From Pseudomonadota bacterium (GTDB lineage: Bacteria; Pseudomonadota; Gammaproteobacteria; Burkholderiales; Rhodocyclaceae): a stretch of 64,000 nt of DNA. Shown one piece after another: positions 58,799 to 64,000 of this stretch; the first letter of the stretch is position 1, and each line of letters opens with the position of its first letter. The DNA is taken from assembly GCA_018240785.1 (NCBI GenBank), contig JAFEFC010000029.1, positions 3,865 to 67,864 on the forward strand, given 5' to 3'. A program made the translations under genes and the position numbers. The notes under the pieces were generated by a model, which had not been told where the DNA came from, made no database searches, and saw only the letters and a list, made by a program, of their open reading frames with translations.

Positions 58799-59542
58799 GT
58801 GTTCGAATCCATGATGCACGCCGCTTTCTGGCTGTCGGTGCTGCAGATCATTGCCATCGACATCCTGCTCGGCGGCGACAACGCGGTGGTCATCGCGCTG
58901 GCCTGCCGCAAGCTGCCCGCGCATCAACGCAACAAGGGCATCGCCTGGGGGGTGGTGGGCGCGATCGCGCTGCGCATCGTGCTGATCTTCTTCGCCCTGC
59001 AACTGCTCGCGCTACCCTTCCTGAAAGTGGTCGGCGCGCTGCTGCTGCTGTGGATCGGCGTCAAGCTGATGCAGCCGGAAGACGATGAGGGCCACGGCAA
59101 CATCGAGGGCAGCACCCACCTGATGGGCGCGATCAAGACCATCGTCGTCGCCGATGCCGTGATGAGCCTGGACAACGTCATCGCCGTGGCCGGCGCTGCG
59201 AAGGGCGACCTCGGCCTGGTGGTGTTCGGCATCGTGGTCAGCATTCCCATCATCGTTTGGGGCAGCAAGTTCGTGCTCAGGCTGATGGACCGCTTTCCCG
59301 CCGTCATCACGCTCGGCGCCGCGCTGCTGGGCTGGATCGCGGGCGGCATGGTGGTGGGCGACGTCACGCTGCAGCCGCTGCTGCAGGGGCTGCCGGGCTG
59401 GCTGCACTACCTGACCTCGGCGGTGGGTGCGGTGTTCGTGGTGACGCTGGGCGGCTGGCTGGCACGACGCAGGACGCGAGAGGGAGCCGGCGTCGCCGAG
59501 CTGACGCTCGCCGACGCGCCTCGCGGCGCAGGCGACAAGTGA
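58799..59542 (+). CDS. TerC family membrane protein
   Basis: GTG start 7 nt after AGGAGA. IIAIDILLGGDNAVVIALA and ADAVMSLDNVIAVAGAA are the duplicated TerC motifs. Confidence 0.8.
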   Translation: MFESMMHAAFWLSVLQIIAIDILLGGDNAVVIALACRKLPAHQRNKGIAWGVVGAIALRIVLIFFALQLLALPFLKVVGALLLLWIGVKLMQPEDDEGHGNIEGSTHLMGAIKTIVVADAVMSLDNVIAVAGAAKGDLGLVVFGIVVSIPIIVWGSKFVLRLMDRFPAVITLGAALLGWIAGGMVVGDVTLQPLLQGLPGWLHYLTSAVGAVFVVTLGGWLARRRTREGAGVAELTLADAPRGAGDK

Positions 59543-59555
59543 GGAGGCGCGCACC

Positions 59556-59993
59556 ATGAAGGTACTCATCCCTGTCGATGGCTCGGAAAACGCCGTGCGC
59601 GCAGTGGCCCACGTGCTCGCGCTGCGCCGCGAGACGCCGGCGCTGGAGATCCACCTGCTCGCCGTGCAGATCCCCATCGATGGCCACGCGCGCAGCTTCG
59701 TCAGCAAGGAAGCGCTGGAGGACTACCATCGCGAGGAAGGCCTTGCCGCGCTCGCCAGTGCGCGAAAGCAGCTCGATGAAGCCGGCGTGGCCTACTCGCA
59801 CCATGTTGCGATCGGCCATGTCGCCGACACCATCGTGCGCTACGCCCGGGAACGCGGCTTCGACCGCATCGTGATGGGCTCGCATGGTCGCACCGGCCTG
59901 CTGCACCTGCTGATGGGCTCGGTGGCGCGCGAGGTCTCGCAGCGTTCCAGCGTGCCGGTGACGCTGGTGAAGCCGGATGAGGCGGCGCGCTGA
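59556..59993 (+). CDS. universal stress protein (UspA family)
   Basis: 145 aa. MKVLIPVDGSENA..IVMGSHGRTGLLHLLMGSVA..VPVTLVK. Confidence 0.85.
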   Translation: MKVLIPVDGSENAVRAVAHVLALRRETPALEIHLLAVQIPIDGHARSFVSKEALEDYHREEGLAALASARKQLDEAGVAYSHHVAIGHVADTIVRYARERGFDRIVMGSHGRTGLLHLLMGSVAREVSQRSSVPVTLVKPDEAAR

Positions 59994-60194
59994 GCGCGTC
60001 CTGCGGACATCGCCGCCCCGCCGCCCCGCCGCGACGCCCCGCAGACCCGCAGACCCGCAGACCCACGGCCCGGCAGGGCGGGCAGTGGCTTGCGCCACGG
60101 CAGTCGTCGTCTAGAGTGAAACGAGTCGGCCCGCAAGCACGTGAATCCGCGCGTCGCACGCACAACGCCGGCCCCCACAGGGAAGGAGAATGTC

Positions 60195-60659
60195 ATGGCA
60201 GAGCTCGACAAGGAGGCCGTCGTCGCGGTCCTGAACCGCATCCTCGAGGCGGAACTGGCCGGGGTGGTGCGTTACACGCATTATTCCTTCCTCGTCTTCG
60301 GCTTTGGCCGCATTCCCATCGTGTCCTGGCTCAACGCACAGGCGGACGAGTCGCTGCTGCACGCGCGCCAGGCAGGGGAGTGGATCACCACGCTGGGCGC
60401 CTACCCTTCGCTGGGCATCGGGCCGTTGCTCGACTCCCACCAGCACGATGTGGGAGCGATCCTGCGCGAGTCGCTGGAAGCGGAGAGCAAGGCCCTGGGC
60501 CTGTACCGCGAACTGCTGGCACAGGTGGAAGGGCGCTCGGTCGCGCTGGAGGAGTTCTCGCGCCAGATGATCCACGCCGAGGAGCTGCATCTGGCCGAGG
60601 TCGACAAGATGCTGCGCAAGCCCGGCGACCTGCAGGCTTTCGCCCCGCGCAACATCTAG
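60195..60659 (+). CDS. ferritin-like (bacterioferritin/Dps superfamily) protein
   Basis: GGAAGGAGA RBS. 154 aa, four-helix pattern with LNRILEAELAGVVRYTHY..ESLEAESKALGLYRELL..EELHLAEVDKML. Confidence 0.65.
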   Translation: MAELDKEAVVAVLNRILEAELAGVVRYTHYSFLVFGFGRIPIVSWLNAQADESLLHARQAGEWITTLGAYPSLGIGPLLDSHQHDVGAILRESLEAESKALGLYRELLAQVEGRSVALEEFSRQMIHAEELHLAEVDKMLRKPGDLQAFAPRNI

Positions 60660-60795
60660 CCGCGCGTGGCGGGCCGGCACGCGGCCGTGGCATTGAAGCA
60701 AGCCGCGGCCGCCTGCCTCGCGCCGCTTGATCCAGGTTAGCGCACAAGTGCGCGCCGTCCGCGATAATCGCGCTTCCCCCGCCCACGGAAGCGAC

Positions 60796-61143
60796 ATGAC
60801 TCGCGCACTGATCGTCCTCACCAACTTGCCCGACCAGGCCACCGCCGCGGCACTTGCGCAACGCCTGGTGGGCGAGCGGCTGGCCGCCTGTGTGAACATC
60901 ATGGCCCCCTGCCAGTCCGTGTATCGCTGGCAGGGGGCCATCGAGTCGGCGGGCGAAGTGCCGCTGCTGATCAAGACCACCGCCGACCGCTATGAGGCGC
61001 TGCAGGCAGCGATCCTCGAGTCCCACCCTTACGAACTTCCCGAAATCCTCGCGGTCCCTGTGCAGCAAGGCTTCGAATCCTTCCTCGACTGGATGAACGA
61101 CGAAACGCGCCCGTCGCGCGTTATCGACGAGCCTGCAAGGTGA
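60796..61143 (+). CDS. cutA: divalent-cation tolerance protein CutA
   Basis: 115 aa. LAACVNI..SVYRWQGAIE..E..LLIKT..HPYELPEILA is the canonical CutA1 pattern. Confidence 0.85.
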   Translation: MTRALIVLTNLPDQATAAALAQRLVGERLAACVNIMAPCQSVYRWQGAIESAGEVPLLIKTTADRYEALQAAILESHPYELPEILAVPVQQGFESFLDWMNDETRPSRVIDEPAR

Positions 61144-61181
61144 GCCTTGCCCGCCCCCAGATCCTCCCGACCCGAAACCCG

Positions 61182-63032
61182 ATGACGCACCGCCTGTCGA
61201 TCCTGCTTGCCCTGTTCGCAAGCTTGCTGCTCCTTGCCTTCCCCATGGCCCGCGCGGCCGATCCGATCGAACCGGAAAAGGCCTTCGCCATGCGCGCCCA
61301 TGCGCTCGATGCGCAGACGGTCGAGGTCGTGTTCACGGTGGCGAAGGGCTACTACCTGTACGGCGACAAGTTCCGCTATGAAGCAGAGCCCGCCACGATC
61401 ACGCTGGGCGCACCGCAGAAGCCCGCCGGCAAGGTGAAGCACGACGAGTTCTTCGGCGAGGTCGAGACCCATCGCGGCGACTTGCGCGTGCTGTTGCCGG
61501 TGACTGCGCCCGAAGGCGTCAGCCGCTTCGAGCTGACCGTCACCAGCCAGGGCTGCTGGGACGGCGGCATCTGCTACCCGCCCACGCCGCAGAAAACCAC
61601 CATCGATCTCTCCGCGCCGACGGCAACAGGCGGTGGCCTGCTCGCCGGCCTGATCGGCGGCCGCTCGCAGGGTGCCGCACAGAGCGTCGCGCCGGCGAGC
61701 GATGACACGGCGGCCGTTCGCGAGCCCACCGACGCCGGCAGCGGCGACGAGAGCGGGCGCATCGCCAGCCTCCTGAAGGGTGCCAGCGTGCCGCTGATCC
61801 TGGTGAGCTTCTTCGGCTTCGGCCTGCTGCTGGCCTTCACCCCCTGCACCTTCCCGATGATTCCCATCCTGTCGGGGATCATCGTCGGCCAGGGGCACAA
61901 GGTCTCGCACACCCGCGCCTTCGTGCTGTCGCTCGCCTACGTGCTGGGCATGGCCGTCACCTACGCGCTGGCCGGCGTCGCCGCAGGCGTGACCGGCACG
62001 CTGCTGTCGGCGGCGCTGCAGAACGTGTGGGTGCTGTCGGCGTTCGCGCTGGTGTTCGTGCTGCTGTCGCTGTCGATGTTCGGCTTCTACGAGCTGCAGT
62101 TGCCGAGCGCGCTGCAGAGCCGGCTGGCGAGCACCGCGAGCCACGAGAAGGGCGGCCACCTCGGCGGCGTCGCGGTGATGGGCGTGCTGTCGGCGCTGAT
62201 CGTCGGCCCCTGCGTGGCGGCGCCGCTGGCCGGCGCCCTGCTCTACATCGCGCAGACGGGGGATGCGGTGCTCGGCGGCTGGGCGCTGTTCGCCATGGGC
62301 CTGGGCATGGGCGCGCCGCTGCTGGCGGTGGGTGTGGCCTCGCGCTCGCTGCTGCCCAAGGTCGGGCCATGGATGGAAGGCGTCAAGAAGGCCTTCGGCG
62401 TGCTGCTGCTGGCGGTGGCGCTGTGGATGCTGAGCCCGGTGATCCCGCCGCTGGCGACGATGCTGGGCTGGACGTCGCTGCTGGTGTTCTCCGGCATCTT
62501 CCTGCATGCCATCGACCCGCTGCCGCCGCATGCGAAGGGCTGGCAGCGTTTCTGGAAAGGCGTGGGCGTGGTGCTGCTGATCTCGGGCGCGGCGATGCTG
62601 GTGGGCGCCCTCGCCGGCTCGCGCGACCCGCTGCAGCCGCTCGCGGTGCTGCGCGCCGAAGCGGCGGCACCGCAGGCGGCGCCGGCGTTCCAGAAAGTGT
62701 CATCGATCGCCGAGCTCGACGCGCGCCTGGCCGGCGCCGGCCGCCCGGTGATGCTGGATTTCTACGCCGACTGGTGCGTGTCGTGCAAGGAGATGGAGCG
62801 CTACACCTTCAGCGATCCGCAGGTGGCGAGCCGCATGGGGCGCATGCTGCTGCTGAAGGCCGACGTCACCGCCAACGACGACGAGCACAAGGCCCTCCTC
62901 AAGCGCTTCGGCCTGTTCGGCCCGCCGGGCATCATCTTCTTCGACCCGGCGGGCAAGGAGCGCGAAGGTCTGCGCGTGGTGGGCTACATGAAGGCCGAGT
63001 CGTTCTCGGCGGTGCTCGATCGGGCGCTGTGA
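61182..63032 (+). CDS. dsbD: thiol:disulfide interchange protein DsbD
   Basis: Signal peptide MTHRLSILLALFASLLLLAFPMARA. DsbD-alpha has QGCWDGGICYPP. The central TM domain has FTPCTFPMIPILS and GPCVAAPLAGAL. The C-terminal thioredoxin fold has DWCVSCKEME. An alternative GTG at 61140 overlaps the cutA stop. Confidence 0.9.
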   Translation: MTHRLSILLALFASLLLLAFPMARAADPIEPEKAFAMRAHALDAQTVEVVFTVAKGYYLYGDKFRYEAEPATITLGAPQKPAGKVKHDEFFGEVETHRGDLRVLLPVTAPEGVSRFELTVTSQGCWDGGICYPPTPQKTTIDLSAPTATGGGLLAGLIGGRSQGAAQSVAPASDDTAAVREPTDAGSGDESGRIASLLKGASVPLILVSFFGFGLLLAFTPCTFPMIPILSGIIVGQGHKVSHTRAFVLSLAYVLGMAVTYALAGVAAGVTGTLLSAALQNVWVLSAFALVFVLLSLSMFGFYELQLPSALQSRLASTASHEKGGHLGGVAVMGVLSALIVGPCVAAPLAGALLYIAQTGDAVLGGWALFAMGLGMGAPLLAVGVASRSLLPKVGPWMEGVKKAFGVLLLAVALWMLSPVIPPLATMLGWTSLLVFSGIFLHAIDPLPPHAKGWQRFWKGVGVVLLISGAAMLVGALAGSRDPLQPLAVLRAEAAAPQAAPAFQKVSSIAELDARLAGAGRPVMLDFYADWCVSCKEMERYTFSDPQVASRMGRMLLLKADVTANDDEHKALLKRFGLFGPPGIIFFDPAGKEREGLRVVGYMKAESFSAVLDRAL

Positions 63033-63100
63033 CCCCCGGCCCGGCCGGCGCGCAGGTTTTCCCCTACAATTCCCCTTTTACCTTTCGGTTCAGACCTTTC

Positions 63101-63715
63101 ATGTTCTCCGGCATCGTCGCGGCCGTCGGCCGCATCGAACACATCGCGCCGCTCGCAGACGGCATTCGCCTCACCGTCGACACCAACGGGCTCGACCTGT
63201 CCGACGTCATCGTCGGCGACAGCATCGCGCACAGCGGCGTATGCCTGACCGTGGTCGAAATGAACGGCGGCCACCTGAAGTACGACGTCTCGCGCGAGAC
63301 GCTGAACTGCACGGTAGGCCTGGATGCCGTGGGCAACGAGGTGAATCTGGAGAAGGCGCTGCGCCTGGCCGACCGCCTCGGCGGCCACCTCGTCACCGGC
63401 CATGTGGATGGCGTGGGCGAAGTGCAGAAATTCGAACCCGTGGGCGAAAGCCACGAGCTCGTGATCCGCGCGCCGGCGGCGATCGCCGGCTACATCGCGA
63501 AGAAGGGCTCCATCACCGTGAACGGCGTCAGCCTGACGGTGAACCACGTCGAGGGGCGCGACTTCTGGATCAACCTAATCCCCCACACGGTGGCGATGAC
63601 CAACCTGAAGCACCTCGCGCCCGGCAGCAAAGTCAATCTCGAGATCGACCTCATTGCGCGCTACGTCGAACGCATGCTCGCCTGGCGCAGCGAGGAAGCC
63701 GCCGCACAAGGCTGA
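63101..63715 (+). CDS. ribE: riboflavin synthase
   Basis: 204 aa. [48 protein letters not shown] is the duplicated lumazine-binding repeat. Confidence 0.9.
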   Translation: MFSGIVAAVGRIEHIAPLADGIRLTVDTNGLDLSDVIVGDSIAHSGVCLTVVEMNGGHLKYDVSRETLNCTVGLDAVGNEVNLEKALRLADRLGGHLVTGHVDGVGEVQKFEPVGESHELVIRAPAAIAGYIAKKGSITVNGVSLTVNHVEGRDFWINLIPHTVAMTNLKHLAPGSKVNLEIDLIARYVERMLAWRSEEAAAQG

Positions 63716-63773
63716 ACCACGCACAGCGACGCGTCGTCAGAACGCCAGCAAGAACAGCAAACAAGGAAACAAC

Positions 63774-64000
63774 ATGAGCGCACTCGCGCCGATTACCGAC
63801 ATCATCGCCGACATCAAGACGGGCAAGATGGTCATCCTGGTGGACGAGGAAGACCGCGAGAACGAGGGCGACCTCGTCATGGCGGCCGAATTCGTCACGC
63901 CGGAGGCGATCAATTTCATGGCCAAGCACGGCCGCGGCCTGATCTGCCTGACGCTCACCGACGAGCGCTGCCGCCAGCTCGGCCTGCAGCAGATGGTGCG
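63774..64000 (+). CDS. ribB: 3,4-dihydroxy-2-butanone-4-phosphate synthase (ribB or ribBA), 5' partial at window edge
   Basis: [50 protein letters not shown] is the canonical DHBP synthase N-terminus. The gene runs off the window end. Confidence 0.85.
   Translation, partial: MSALAPITDIIADIKTGKMVILVDEEDRENEGDLVMAAEFVTPEAINFMAKHGRGLICLTLTDERCRQLGLQQMV

Noticed and set aside
60041-60064. Three tandem copies of GCAGACCC (preceded by CGCCGCCC x2) downstream of the usp gene
   Set aside because: It is a very short microsatellite-like repeat in a GC-rich spacer, with nothing to suggest function beyond possible slippage.
63033-63773. FMN (RFN) riboswitch upstream of ribE or ribB
   Set aside because: The spacers are only 68 nt (63033-63100) and 58 nt (63716-63773). 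These are too short for an RFN element of about 140 nt or more, and I saw none of its conserved stems.

Overview
High-GC (roughly 65-70% by eye) chromosomal segment with betaproteobacterial gene content; the Rhodocyclales/Burkholderiales assignment is inference from protein families only. I support about 52 protein-coding genes. I recognised no rRNA, tRNA, CRISPR array, transposase or integrase. Many start codons were moved inward from the ORF track. I used homolog-like N-termini, RBS spacing and ATGA stop/start overlaps, all checked against the nucleotide sequence.

Gene order:
- PEP-CTERM lectin with a sigma-54-like promoter.
- apbE-gshB-gshA, gloB and gloA (glutathione/glyoxalase cluster).
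- RHH protein.
- Tat small subunit plus GMC flavoprotein dehydrogenase.
- Lrp-type regulator divergent from putA.
- Five-gene liv-type branched-chain amino-acid ABC operon with an internal REP-like element.
- Long compound palindrome.
- EamA transporter, DUF3750, DUF72.
- Orphan TaqI-like N6-adenine methyltransferase.
- EAL (degenerate GGDEF) plus HD-GYP c-di-GMP phosphodiesterases.
- Standalone caspase (C14) gene followed by a 1,836-aa protein with two lipase-like alpha/beta-hydrolase domains, a CHAT protease domain and a helical C-terminus.
- COG2984-type ABC transporter.
- PA2779 / PA2778 peptidase / PHB-depolymerase-family esterase operon.
- recB-recD.
- Phasin.
- Six-gene double module of ATP-grasp / alpha-E / transglutaminase / Anbu proteasome-like genes, with an internal sigma-54-like promoter.
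- VanZ, ferredoxin, hydrolase, GST, TerC, Usp, ferritin-like, cutA-dsbD, ribE and ribB (partial).

The best candidate for an undescribed system is the caspase + dual-lipase/CHAT giant-protein pair at 26198-32620. All functional calls come from motif recognition by eye; no database search was run.
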